Source: Chloroflexota bacterium
GTDB taxonomy: Bacteria; Chloroflexota; UBA11872; VXOZ01
Length of the DNA stretch: 64,000 bases
Direction: 5' to 3'
NCBI GenBank assembly: GCA_963662335.2
Contig: CAXXVD010000005.1
Span: 160,001-224,000 of the forward strand
The position numbers and the translations under genes were made by a program. The notes below the pieces were generated by a model. That model did no database searches. It saw only the letters and a program-made list of their open reading frames with translations, and was not told the origin of the DNA. Shown one piece after another: positions 28,603 to 38,320 of the stretch; within the stretch, counting starts at the first letter, position 1, and each line of letters starts with the position of its first letter.

Positions 28603-29700
28603 TCAGGTGGTTGCGTGCGTGTACTCACGTGAATCGGAAACGAAGAGCTTCTGGTACGACTCGATGTCGTCAAGGCACTCGCCGGTTCCCAGCGCGACAC
28701 AGGTAAGCGCGTTCTCGGCGACGACCACCGGCACCAGCGTCTCCTCGGAGATCCGCTTGTCTATGCCGCCCAGGAACGCCCCGCCGCCGGTGAGCACGAT
28801 TCCCCGGTCCACCACGTCGCCGAGCAGTTCCGGCGGGGTTTCCTCAACGGAAATCTTCACCGCTTCGACGATGTCGTGCACCGGCCCTTCGATTGCCTCG
28901 CGCATCTCCCCCTGGGTCACCGGCACGGTCTTGGGCAGGCCGGAGAGCATGTCCCGGCCCCGCATCTCATACATCTTTTCCTGGTCGTCGGGAGAGGGAT
29001 GTGCGGAGCCAATCGCGATCTTCGTCTCTTCGGCGGTGCGTTCGCCTATCAAGAGGTCGTAGGCCTGCCGCGCGTAGTCGGCGATCGTCTCGTCGATCTC
29101 ATCCCCGGCGATGCGCACCGAGCGCCGCACCACGATACCGCCTAACGATATGACCGCCACCTCCGTGGTGCCGCCGCCGATGTCCACGATCATGTTGCCG
29201 GCGGGCTCGTCAACCGGCAGACCGGCCCCAATGGCCGCCGCCATCGGCTCCTCGATCAAATACGCTTCACGGGCGCCGGCGTTGATCGCGGCATCTTGCA
29301 CCGCGCGCTTCTCAACCTCGGTCACGCCGCTGGGAATGCCCACGATGACCCGCGGCCGCGGCACCAATTGCACGCTGGTGTGCACCCGGTCGATCACGTA
29401 GCGGAGCATCGTCTCAACAGTCTCGAAGTCCGCAATCACGCCGTCTTTCAGGGGACGCACCGCTACGATGTTTGCCGGCGTGCGGCCCACCATCCGCTTC
29501 GCTTCCTGGCCGACGGCCAGCACCCGATCCGTCCGCAAGTCCATCGCCACGACGGATGGTTCGGATACGACAACACCCTTATCTCGGGCGTACACCAGCA
29601 GGTTCGCGGTACCCAGGTCGATGCCCAAATCTTGGGAGAAGAGACCGAGGAACGAACTGAACGGCCCGAGAATGCTCGAGCGCCAGGAAGAAAACGACAT
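28603..29700 (-). CDS. mreB: Rod shape-determining protein MreB
   Basis: GIDLGTAN, EPSVVA, RPLKDGVIADF, EEPMAAAIGAG, DIGGGTTE and LTGGG motifs. Confidence 0.97.
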   Translation of the reverse strand: MSFSSWRSSILGPFSSFLGLFSQDLGIDLGTANLLVYARDKGVVVSEPSVVAMDLRTDRVLAVGQEAKRMVGRTPANIVAVRPLKDGVIADFETVETMLRYVIDRVHTSVQLVPRPRVIVGIPSGVTEVEKRAVQDAAINAGAREAYLIEEPMAAAIGAGLPVDEPAGNMIVDIGGGTTEVAVISLGGIVVRRSVRIAGDEIDETIADYARQAYDLLIGERTAEETKIAIGSAHPSPDDQEKMYEMRGRDMLSGLPKTVPVTQGEMREAIEGPVHDIVEAVKISVEETPPELLGDVVDRGIVLTGGGAFLGGIDKRISEETLVPVVVAENALTCVALGTGECLDDIESYQKLFVSDSREYTHATT

Positions 29701-30021
29701 CGCCTACCCCACGCGCGTACGCGCTCCGGCGGAGCCGCGGCGGCTCCCGGCGGCACGGCTCGCGCCCGCCGTCGCACACGCTGTCCTACGCTTCACTACC
29801 GAACCGAACCCAGCACATTCTAACATACACATAGCCTGCCAGCAGGTCGAGGGGGTATGCCGTTCCGCGCCGGCGGAAGCGCGCGCACGGAGACGCCAAG
29901 CCCACGCCCGCGGCCCACTGCCGCTAACGTTGGAGGCCAATTGCGCTGTGGTACACTGTTCCTCGCACGAAATCCGGCGCCGACCCTCCGCGCCAACGCA
30001 ATCGTGAAAAGGAGTTCTCAG

Positions 30022-30402
30022 ATGCGCGTCGATCGTTTGTACAGTCCCAAAGGACCGCGGCCCGCGGGCACCTACTCGCAGGCGGTGCGCGCCGGCAACT
30101 TGCTCTTCATCGCGGGCCAGGGCCCGCTCGATCCTCAAACCGGCGAGATCACGGGCGAAACGCTGGCCGAACAGTGCCAGGTCACGTTGCAGAACATCAA
30201 GAATATCGTGGAAGGCCACGGCGGCGACATTCGCAACGTGGTGAAAGTAAACGTCTATTTGGCGGACATGGACGGTTTCTCCGAGATGGACGGGGTCTAT
30301 AAGACGTTCTTTGGCGAGTATCCGCCGGCCCGCACCACGGTGGGCGTGCAGATGAACGAGATCCTGATCGAGGTGGAAGCGACCGCCGTCCTCGACGACT
30401 AG
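30022..30402 (+). CDS. RidA/YjgF family enamine deaminase
   Basis: YSQAV, IAGQGPLDP, PPARTTV and IEVEA motifs; AGGAG RBS before ATG 30022. Confidence 0.9.
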   Translation: MRVDRLYSPKGPRPAGTYSQAVRAGNLLFIAGQGPLDPQTGEITGETLAEQCQVTLQNIKNIVEGHGGDIRNVVKVNVYLADMDGFSEMDGVYKTFFGEYPPARTTVGVQMNEILIEVEATAVLDD

Positions 30403-30534
30403 ACGCCGAGCCGTTCGCTACGCCTAGGCGTTTTCGCCGACCACTGACGTTTTCGACGACCAATAACTTTCTCGAAGGCTAACGACGTTCTCGAATACCA
30501 ATGGAAGGGCAAGTAGCCCGTTCGTGCAGAAGGC

Positions 30535-30583
30535 CGAGTAGCCCGTTCGTGGTGAGCCCGTCGAACCATGAACGGGCTACTCG
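30535..30583. repeat. REP-like palindrome (CCGTTCG...TGAG...GTCGAA...GAACGG family)
   Basis: Long stem CGAGTAGCCCGTTCGTGGT...ACCATGAACGGGCTACTCG; its left arm is duplicated at 30512-30526. Confidence 0.75.
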
Positions 30584-31416
30584 CTCCCGGATTGCCCGCG
30601 CTTTGCCATCGTCTCCCGGTAGCGTTTCTCCATCTCGGGCCCTTGCAGCCGCACGTACTCTTGTTCCTGGGCGCGGGCCGCCGCCGTTGACGCCGCCGCC
30701 GGTATCTCTACGTCGGCCACCGTGATCTTGTCGTACCCGCGTTGGTAGGCCACGGACTCGCCCTTGCTCACCATGAGGCTCTGGCCGACGTTGGCCTGCA
30801 CGATCGGCACGCCGTTTTCGCGCGCCCGCGCGAGCACCGCTCGGTTCTGCGCCTTGCTCGTATTGCCGTAGGTGGGAATGTAGAGGATTTGCGCGCCGTC
30901 CAGCACAATGGCGCGCGCAATGAGGGGATTCCAACGGTCGTTGCAGATGAGCACGCCGGCGCGGCCAAACGGCGTGTCGAACGCCCGCAACTTCGTGCCG
31001 ATGCGGTTGAAGTTCCACGACGGATGCGTGCCCTCGGCGAATTGGCTCTTCTGATACGTGCCGCAAATCTCCCCCCGGCGGTCGAGGAAGATCACCGTAT
31101 TGTAGACGTCGCCGCCTACTCTCTCGGCAAAGCCAAAGCAGAGACACGTGTCGATTGAACGAGCCAGTTGCTGAAAGCGCCGCACGTACGGCCCATCCCG
31201 CGGTTCGGCGATCGCCACCATTTCAGCGGCCGACCGCCGGCCCTCGATGACGTCGTAGACGACGTAGCCCTCGAACGCGCCCTCGATAGTGACGATTACG
31301 TCCGGCGCGTGGGCGGCCGCCTGGCGGATGAAGTGTTCCATCTTGGCGGCGTTGTGAGCTTTGTCCCACTTCTTGGGGAGCAGCGAGATCGCCGCCGCCT
31401 TCACCGTCGTAAACAC
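30577..31416 (-). CDS. Carbon-nitrogen hydrolase (nitrilase superfamily)
   Basis: Glu-Lys-Cys triad context (TIEG, YQKS, LICNDR), YNT, RARENG; start GTG 31416 after GGGAG. Confidence 0.85.
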   Translation of the reverse strand: MFTTVKAAAISLLPKKWDKAHNAAKMEHFIRQAAAHAPDVIVTIEGAFEGYVVYDVIEGRRSAAEMVAIAEPRDGPYVRRFQQLARSIDTCLCFGFAERVGGDVYNTVIFLDRRGEICGTYQKSQFAEGTHPSWNFNRIGTKLRAFDTPFGRAGVLICNDRWNPLIARAIVLDGAQILYIPTYGNTSKAQNRAVLARARENGVPIVQANVGQSLMVSKGESVAYQRGYDKITVADVEIPAAASTAAARAQEQEYVRLQGPEMEKRYRETMAKRGQSGSE

Positions 31417-31442
31417 GGTCTCCCTGCTTTCCCTTGCACACC

Positions 31443-31561
31443 CCGTTCGCCCTGAGCGGCGTCGAAGGGTGAACGGCTGGAGGAGCAGTTCATCGGTTTC
31501 GCACATTCTACTTTGCGTTTGTGCTTTGACAAGGGCTGCGCGAAGCCCTCAGCACGAACGG
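31443..31561. repeat. Pair of oppositely oriented REP-like palindromes of the same family as 30535-30583
   Basis: CCGTTCGCCCTGAGCGGCGTCGAAGGGTGAACGG (31443-31476) and CGTTTGTGCTTTGACAAG...CTCAGCACGAACGG (31516-31561). Confidence 0.65.
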
Positions 31562-31642
31562 AGAGATCCGAATCCATCCGCTCCTATGCGACAGTGTTGA
31601 GATCCCACGTCCGCACCGCGGTGTTCACGGCGCTCACGCACA

Positions 31643-33115
31643 TTACTCGATTGACGCCGCCAACGCCGCAGCCGCCGCTTCCAGCCGGGTCAGCGTGCGC
31701 GCGCGGCCCAACACGACCATCGTCTCGAACAACGGCGGCGTGGCGGTCTTGCCGGTGATTGCCACGCGCAGCGGCATGAAGAGTTGCCCCGCCTTCCAGC
31801 CTAGATCTGACGCCAAACCGCGCAGGCAGGCCTCGATTGTCTCATGCTCCCAGGCCGCCAGTTGCGCGAGCCGCTCGCGCGCCTGCCGCAACGCCCCGAG
31901 CGAGCCCGCCGGAGACTGCTTCTTGGCGATGAGGAGCTTTGGCGCGGGCGTCACCTCCGCGGCAAAGAAGAAATCCAGCGCTTCAGGCGCTTCCGCCAGC
32001 GTCTTCAGGCGCTCCTGCTCCAGCGCCACCGCGTCGCGGAGGTACGTTCGGTCGACGTCGTCCGGTGCGACAAACCCGCCGTCGGTCAAGAACGGCACAC
32101 AGCGCGCGGCCAGATCTTCCACCGTCACGCCGCGAATATACACGCCGTTGAGCCAGGCGAGTTTCTGCAGGTCGAACACCGCGTTCGCTTTGTTCACGCG
32201 CTCCAGGCTGAAGGCCGAGACAAGCTCATCCAAGCTAAACACTTCCTGCGTATCGCCGGGATTCCAGCCGAGCAACGCCAGAAAGTTGACGACCGCCTCC
32301 GGCAGGTACCCCTGTGCGGCATAATCGCCGACGAACACCGCCCCGGAGCGCTTGCCCAGTTTCGAGCGGTCGGGATTCGTCAGCAGCGGCAGGTGCGCGT
32401 AGGCGGGCAAGTCGAAACCCAGCGCCTGGGCAATGGGAATCTGCCGGTGGGTATTGTAGAGATGGTCGGCGCCGCGAATGACGTGGGTAATCGCCATGTG
32501 GCTGTCGTCGATAACCGAGGCAAAGTTGTACGTCGGCATACCGCCGGCGCGCACGATCACCAGGTCGTCGAGTTCAGTCGCATCCACGCTGAGGTCGCCG
32601 CGCACCAGGTCGCTGAAGTCCACGCTGCCTTCACGCGGCGAACGGAAACGCAGAACGTACGGCGCGCCGGAGCGCTCGCGCGCGGCCCGCTCCGCCGCCG
32701 TGAGGCCCAGGCAAGTCTGCGGATAGCGGAACGCGCGGCGCTGCCGTTGGGCCTCTTTGCGCAGCGCGTCAAGCTCCGCCGGCGTGCACCAACACCGGTA
32801 CGCGTGGCCGTCCGCCAACAGTTTCTCAGCATGAGCCTGATAGAGCCCCAGCCGCTCGCTCTGGCGGTAGGGTCCACACGCGCCGCCCGCGCCATAGCCC
32901 TCGTCCCAGTCCAGGCCCATCCATCGGAAACTATAGAGCACACCCTCGATGTCCGCGTCGGAGGAGCGTTTCGCGTCGGTATCGTCGATACGGAGAATGA
33001 AGACGCCACCCGTTTGGCGGGCAAAGAGGTAGTTATACAGCGCCGTGCGGGCATTGCCCACGTGGAGACTGCCGGTCGGACTGGGCGCTATGCGCACCCG
33101 GACGGAATTTCCCAT
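31643..33115 (-). CDS. gltX: Glutamate--tRNA ligase
   Basis: RIAPSPTGSLHVGN, LRIDDTD, PYRQSER, ITHVIRG, KLGKR and PLRVAITG motifs. Confidence 0.95.
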   Translation of the reverse strand: MGNSVRVRIAPSPTGSLHVGNARTALYNYLFARQTGGVFILRIDDTDAKRSSDADIEGVLYSFRWMGLDWDEGYGAGGACGPYRQSERLGLYQAHAEKLLADGHAYRCWCTPAELDALRKEAQRQRRAFRYPQTCLGLTAAERAARERSGAPYVLRFRSPREGSVDFSDLVRGDLSVDATELDDLVIVRAGGMPTYNFASVIDDSHMAITHVIRGADHLYNTHRQIPIAQALGFDLPAYAHLPLLTNPDRSKLGKRSGAVFVGDYAAQGYLPEAVVNFLALLGWNPGDTQEVFSLDELVSAFSLERVNKANAVFDLQKLAWLNGVYIRGVTVEDLAARCVPFLTDGGFVAPDDVDRTYLRDAVALEQERLKTLAEAPEALDFFFAAEVTPAPKLLIAKKQSPAGSLGALRQARERLAQLAAWEHETIEACLRGLASDLGWKAGQLFMPLRVAITGKTATPPLFETMVVLGRARTLTRLEAAAAALAASIE

Positions 33116-33142
33116 GCTCTTCCTCTGCTATGTCCGATCACC

Positions 33143-33267
33143 GTAGCGCAGGTTTGCAACCTGCGACAATGTCCGGTGAATCGATTGCGCAACCTACCCT
33201 CGCAAAGTTTCGTCGGAAGACCACGCGCGCGTTCCTCGTGCAGGCGGGGGACAAGCCCACGCGCTAC
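33143..33267. repeat. Two GTAG REP-like palindromes
   Basis: GTAGCGCAGGTTTGCAACCTGCG (33143-33165; cf. 62927-62950) and an inverted copy at 33242-33267. Confidence 0.7.
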
Positions 33268-33323
33268 GCTAGGGCGGAAGTGGACGTCACCCCGGCTTTA
33301 GCGGCCCCGTGCGCAAAAAATCG

Positions 33324-33414
33324 TGGCGGAGAGGGTGGGATTCGAACCCACGAGGCGCTTGTGGCGCCTACTCGCTCTCCAGGCGAGCGCCTTCGACCAC
33401 TTGGCTACCTCTCC
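33324..33414 (-). tRNA. tRNA-Ser(GGA)
   Basis: GGAGAGG...CCTCTCC-G-CCA; anticodon arm CTCGC-CTGGAGA-GCGAG; long variable arm; TTCGAAT. Confidence 0.96.
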
Positions 33415-33459
33415 ACTGCGCCTTGGCAATGCGTCGCGCGCACGTGCCTCTGCCACTTG

Positions 33460-33489
33460 AGTCTAGCAGCGCGGCGGCGGCAGCGTCAA
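33460..33489 (-). promoter_or_regulatory. Promoter of tRNA-Ser
   Basis: TTGACG-18 nt-TAGACT with extended TG. Confidence 0.55.
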
Positions 33490-33560
33490 AGTCCGGCCGC
33501 AAGCGGGCAGGCGCGCGTATCCGCCACGTTTCCGCGCGGCAATGCGCCAAGCGCCATCGG

Positions 33561-33590
33561 TTGACAGCAGGCTAAGCGCAAAACTACCAT
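33561..33590 (+). promoter_or_regulatory. Possible promoter of the GlmL-like gene pair
   Basis: TTGACA-18 nt-TACCAT. Confidence 0.5.
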
Positions 33591-33708
33591 GACCATGTGT
33601 GGCGTCTGCGACTCTCACTATGCGGTTCCCTATTGGCAGCCGGAGTCTCTAACCGAGAGTCCCAGTCGCCGGCACGCGCCGCAACCCTGCACGCACACAA
33701 CCGGACAC

Positions 33709-35481
33709 ATGGCAGAGACCAGCGATTCCTCGAACTCTTCCGGTTCGCCGGACCTTTCCAGTTCGCTCCCAACGCTCGTGGCGGACGTCGGCGCCTTCAA
33801 CACGCGCGTCTCGCTCTTGGAGCGCGTGGAAGGCGCGTTCCGTCTCGCCGGTGTCGCGCGCGTGCCGAGCACGATCGAACCGCCCGTTTCCGACGCGATG
33901 CTGGGCGTCTCCCGCGCCCTGGCGGAGTTGGAGCGCACCACCGGCTGGTCTGCCGCACGGGAGCAGGTGAGCAAACTGGCGGTCACCAGCGTCAGCCTGA
34001 CGGTGGTGACGAGCGTGCTCAGCCTGGGCGACAACCGAGCCTTGAACAGGCTGCTCGAAACGCTGCAAACGCTGCCCATCACGCCCGTAGACATCTTCGA
34101 TCTCAACCACCGGCCGCCCGACGCCTACCAGTTCGTCTACCAACGGCTGATAGATTCCCCGCTGGACGCGCTCGTAATCCTGGGCAATGACGCGGACAAG
34201 GACTGGGAGATCGAAATCGCGCGGCTGGGCGAGATCGTGCTGCGCGTCGTAGCGGCGCACCGCAGCGCGTGGCAGCTAACCCTGGTCTTCATTGGCTCCG
34301 GCGCCCACGCGCAGTATCTGCGGACGTTCCTGGGTGAGCGCGTCTCGCTCCACCACATGACTCCGGCGGCAGACGAGTCTACCCGGCTCGACCTTCCCGC
34401 TCTCGACTCGCTCGTGCAGTCACTCGCGCGCGCGAAGCGCCGGGGCCGCCTGCCGAACTACGACGGCTTCAGCGAGTGGGCGGGAACGGACCCGACCGCC
34501 TATCAGGACGCCCTCAGCCGCGTCACCCAGCAACTGGCCCGGCGCTACAGCATCCACGTCCTCTCCTTGGATCTTGGGGCGAGCCACGTAGCGGCAGTCT
34601 CAAGTCTGCCGAACGGAGAGGTGCGCCAGGCTTCCCTGGACGGTTTCGGCGCGCTGCGCAGCCCGCAGAATATCCTGCTGGAGGCCGGGCGCGAGGCGAT
34701 CGAACGCTGGCTGCCGTACGACCTGGACGAGAGCCGGCTGGACGCCTATCTCCTGCACCGCCTGGCGCATCCCGCCGCGCTGCCGACCACGATCGAGAGC
34801 CTGGTGCTGGAGCACGCCTTTGCCCGGGAGGCGCTGCGCAACGTGGTGGAACTCATAGACGATTACACCGTGGACGGCAAGCGGTCGGCGCCTTGCGCCG
34901 CCGCGGACGTCATCATTGGCTGCGGCGCGACGCTTGGCAGCGCGCCGCGCCTGATCCAGGCCGTCTCGATGATGCTCGACGCGGTGCAGCCGGCCGGCTT
35001 CACGCAGTTTGCCCTGGACCGGGCCGGCGCGCTGCCGGCGCTCCTCCTGGATAGAGCCATCGAGGAAGGGGATCCATTGCTCGAGCAGGACGTCCTGCTG
35101 AGCCTGGGCGTCAGCATCTCGCCTAGCGGCCGCATGGAGGAGAACCGCCCTGCTCTGCGGCTGCGCGCCGGTATGCCGTCCCGTTCCCCTGAAGAAGTGC
35201 AGGTCAACTATGGGGCGATGGAGTTGATACCCTGGGAAGGCGGGAGCGGCTCCACCCTCGAGGCCTGGCCCGCTACCAGGCTAAATCTAGGCGTGGGCCG
35301 CGGCCGCGGCGCGGAGCCGCGCGCGCATCTCTACGGCGGCGCAATCGGGCTCATCGTCGACGCACGCGGACGCCCCCTGGACCTGGCCGACAACAAGGAC
35401 AAGCGCCAGGCCAAGGTGCTCGAATGGATGCAGTCCACGGGCGCGTACCCCACCCTCTCCTTCTCCGGGAGAACGAACTAG
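33709..35481 (+). CDS. Glutamate mutase L (GlmL/MutL)-like ASKHA-fold protein
   Basis: Two actin-like phosphate loops (ADVGAFNTR; SLDLGASH), PSTIEPP..D, DVIIGCGATL, MLDAVQP and GLIVDARGRP; start ATG 33709. Confidence 0.72.
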   Translation: MAETSDSSNSSGSPDLSSSLPTLVADVGAFNTRVSLLERVEGAFRLAGVARVPSTIEPPVSDAMLGVSRALAELERTTGWSAAREQVSKLAVTSVSLTVVTSVLSLGDNRALNRLLETLQTLPITPVDIFDLNHRPPDAYQFVYQRLIDSPLDALVILGNDADKDWEIEIARLGEIVLRVVAAHRSAWQLTLVFIGSGAHAQYLRTFLGERVSLHHMTPAADESTRLDLPALDSLVQSLARAKRRGRLPNYDGFSEWAGTDPTAYQDALSRVTQQLARRYSIHVLSLDLGASHVAAVSSLPNGEVRQASLDGFGALRSPQNILLEAGREAIERWLPYDLDESRLDAYLLHRLAHPAALPTTIESLVLEHAFAREALRNVVELIDDYTVDGKRSAPCAAADVIIGCGATLGSAPRLIQAVSMMLDAVQPAGFTQFALDRAGALPALLLDRAIEEGDPLLEQDVLLSLGVSISPSGRMEENRPALRLRAGMPSRSPEEVQVNYGAMELIPWEGGSGSTLEAWPATRLNLGVGRGRGAEPRAHLYGGAIGLIVDARGRPLDLADNKDKRQAKVLEWMQSTGAYPTLSFSGRTN

Positions 35482-35483
35482 CC

Positions 35484-36572
35484 ATGGCCACCATGCTCGC
35501 GCTGCGCGGTACCGCCAACCCGCCGACGCCGACACCCCAGGTCGGACGCTATCTCCTGCGGCTGCACCGGGTGCTGCCGGCCGACGGTGAGATCTCCGTG
35601 CAACCGGGCGACAAGGTGGAACCGCACACGCTGGTGGGCACGTGCGCGCTCACGCCGCAGCGGGTGGTGCTGGATTTGGCGAGCCTGCTCGGCGTGCCGC
35701 CCGACCGCATCGAAGAATCTCTCGTGGTCGCTCAGGGTGAAGGCTGCGCCGAGGGCACGCTGATTGCCGTCCACCGCCGTTTCTTCGGCTTGCGCACGCG
35801 CACGGTAACGGCTCCGCTGACAGGTCACGTCGCGGCGCTGTCGTCGCGCAGCGGCCTCGCGTGGTTCGAGACTGAGAGCCACACGGTCGCGCTGCCCGCC
35901 GGTCTGTATGGCAGCGTGATCGACGTCACGCCGCGCCGGGAAGTCGTCATCGAAGCCGAGGCCGTGGTCGTGCGCGGCGTCTACGCCATCGGCGGCGAGG
36001 CGTCCGGCAACCTGACGACCGTGCTCACCCAATCCGCCGAGAGCGACGAGCGCCTCATTCTCGTCTCCCGCGAACCGGCAACCATCGACACGCTGCGCCG
36101 CGCCTACCAGTTGCAGGCCGCGGCCGTGGTGGCCCCGTCCGCCGTCCGCGCGGACATGGCGGCCCTGGGCATGGACCCGCTGGCGCGCCCCAGTTCGCAC
36201 ACGTGGAAAGGCCCGCCGCTGCTGCTCACCGAGGGCTTTCGCGGCCAGGCGATGACGGATACGCTCTGGGAACTCCTCACCGCGCAGCCGGTCTCCTGGG
36301 CAACCGTGGTCGCGCGGCCGGACCAGCACCTCTTCCTGCTCATCCTGCCCATCCGCTCGCTCGCGCCCAAAGACGCCTGGACGCGCTTTGGCCCCGGGTC
36401 GCGCCTGAAGCGGGCCGGCGCGTCCGCCGAACCCGGCGAGGGGCGGCTGGAAGCCTTCCTGCCCTTCCCCATCGGCGTGCCCTCCGGCCTGCGCCTCTCC
36501 GCCGCGGAGATGATCGACACGGAAGAACGGCGCAGCCAGGCGCCGATCTCCGAGTTAGAGTGGTTGATGTAG
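35484..36572 (+). CDS. Uncharacterised protein with barrel-sandwich-hybrid-like segments, partner of the GlmL-like gene
   Basis: VQPGDKV, VAQGEGCAEGTLIA, APLTGHV, GVYAIGGEASG and LLTEGF; 2 nt after the upstream stop. Confidence 0.6.
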   Translation: MATMLALRGTANPPTPTPQVGRYLLRLHRVLPADGEISVQPGDKVEPHTLVGTCALTPQRVVLDLASLLGVPPDRIEESLVVAQGEGCAEGTLIAVHRRFFGLRTRTVTAPLTGHVAALSSRSGLAWFETESHTVALPAGLYGSVIDVTPRREVVIEAEAVVVRGVYAIGGEASGNLTTVLTQSAESDERLILVSREPATIDTLRRAYQLQAAAVVAPSAVRADMAALGMDPLARPSSHTWKGPPLLLTEGFRGQAMTDTLWELLTAQPVSWATVVARPDQHLFLLILPIRSLAPKDAWTRFGPGSRLKRAGASAEPGEGRLEAFLPFPIGVPSGLRLSAAEMIDTEERRSQAPISELEWLM

Positions 36573-36865
36573 CCGACTTCGACGGTACGTCGCCGACTTC
36601 GACGGAACGTCGCCGGCGCCCCCTAGCGCGGCGCCAGGGTTATGGAAGGCTCCTGCGGGAAAGCGGACGCTGCCACAGCCATGCGGTCATGAGATCTCCA
36701 AAGGATGCCTTTTGCCTGCCGTACCGATTATCTATACAATTGAGACCCACACCAGACACGTCGGCGCAATTTCGACTGCCTCGATTACGCGCAACCATGT
36801 AGGCTTGCCGGCCGACACAGAGACTCGCTCATCACGCAACGATTTAGGAAGCGTAGCATACACCG

Positions 36866-37567
36866 ATGCAGGCGATCATTCTCGCGGGTGGATTAGGCGA
36901 GCGGCTGCGGCCGTTCACCGCCGACCGGCCGAAGACGATGGTGGAAGTTGGCGGCGCGCCGATCCTCGCCTATCAGCTTGCCTGGCTGCGCGCGGCCGGC
37001 GTAGACCGATTCATCATTTCGTGCGGCTACCGGCACGACGTTATTCAAGCTCACTTTGGCGACGGCCAGCAATTCGGCGTCCGGATCGAATACGCGATCG
37101 AGCGTGAAAAGCTCGGCACGGGCGGCGGGTTGAAGCTTGCCCTTGGTGGCGCCGACCCGGCTGAACCATTCGTCCTCGCGACCAACGGCGACATTCTCAC
37201 CGACCTGGACGTCGCCGCCATCGTGAACCTGCATCAGGCGGACGAAAACCTCGCAACCATCACGCTCACGCAATTGCAAAGTCCCTACGGCATCGTCGAG
37301 TCGAATGAAGCGCGCAAGGTGACGGCTTTCCGCGAAAAACCGCTCCTGCCCTACTGGCTGAGCGCCGGCGTCTACGCCCTTTCGCCCGCCATCCGGGAAC
37401 TCCTGCCGGATAAGGGCGATCACGAGCGGAGCACATTTCCCGAGATTGCCGGCCAAGGCAAGCTGGGCGCGCTCAAGGCGACCGCCTACTGGCGCGCAAT
37501 CGACACGGCCAAAGATCTATCCGAAGCGGAGCACGAACTAGCCGAAAAGCCACTGCCCCATGTCTGA
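36866..37567 (+). CDS. Sugar-phosphate nucleotidyltransferase family protein
   Basis: IILAGGLGERLRP, PKTM, LGTGGGL and NGDIL motifs. Confidence 0.88.
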   Translation: MQAIILAGGLGERLRPFTADRPKTMVEVGGAPILAYQLAWLRAAGVDRFIISCGYRHDVIQAHFGDGQQFGVRIEYAIEREKLGTGGGLKLALGGADPAEPFVLATNGDILTDLDVAAIVNLHQADENLATITLTQLQSPYGIVESNEARKVTAFREKPLLPYWLSAGVYALSPAIRELLPDKGDHERSTFPEIAGQGKLGALKATAYWRAIDTAKDLSEAEHELAEKPLPHV

Positions 37568-38306
37568 ACAGCCATTGACAGGAAAGAGCACGGGCTTCGA
37601 CTATCCGGCCTGGCACGAGGACCTGGACGACGAGAACCTCAAGCAGTCGATGCAGGTCTACTACGACGAGCGCGCCGGCGAGTACGTGGACTGGTTCCTG
37701 CGCACCGGTCTCTACGACCGGCCGGAAACGAACGCGCCGTTTCTCAGCGGCCTGCGCCAACTGGAGGAGGAGGTCACCGCCCTGGGCGCACGCGGCGCGG
37801 GGCGCATATTGGAAGTCGCCTGCGGCATCGGCTGGTGGACTTCGCTGCTTGCCCAATCGGGCCGGGAGGTGATCGCCTTCGACTACGGTCCGCGCATGTT
37901 GGCCGAGTGCCGCAAGCGGCTGGCCCACAACGAGGCGGACGCGGCGCTCGTGCGCGCCAGCGCCTACGCCTTTCCTTTCGCCGATAGCGCGGTGAGCGGC
38001 TGCCTCATGGGATTCTTCTTCAGCCACGTGCCCCACGCAGACGTCGGGCCACTGCTGGGCGCGGTGAATCGTGCCGTCCGTCCCGGGGGCGAGGTGCTCA
38101 TCATCGACTCGAGTTTGCCGGCGCTTGACGACGTGGAGACCGAAGTCCAGCAGCGCCCCTTGCGCGACGGTTCGCTGCATCCCGCCCTCAAAGTCTACTA
38201 CGGCGCGAGCGGGCTCTCCCGTATACTGGAACCGTTTGCCGAGAACTTGACGGTCAAGAAGGTAGAGGGCCTCTTCATCTGCGCACGCTACCGGACGCCG
38301 GGCTGA
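37560..38306 (+). CDS. Class I SAM-dependent methyltransferase
   Basis: YYDERAGEY, ILEVACGIGWWT, FFFSHVP and RPGG motifs. Confidence 0.85.
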   Translation: MSEQPLTGKSTGFDYPAWHEDLDDENLKQSMQVYYDERAGEYVDWFLRTGLYDRPETNAPFLSGLRQLEEEVTALGARGAGRILEVACGIGWWTSLLAQSGREVIAFDYGPRMLAECRKRLAHNEADAALVRASAYAFPFADSAVSGCLMGFFFSHVPHADVGPLLGAVNRAVRPGGEVLIIDSSLPALDDVETEVQQRPLRDGSLHPALKVYYGASGLSRILEPFAENLTVKKVEGLFICARYRTPG

Positions 38307-38320
38307 CCACGCTGCGGTCG

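Noticed and set aside
21681-33414. tRNA introns as RtcB substrates, or a tRNA-anchored genomic island
   Set aside because: Both tRNAs are uninterrupted; no integrase or duplicated tRNA 3' end, and the enclosed genes are mostly core
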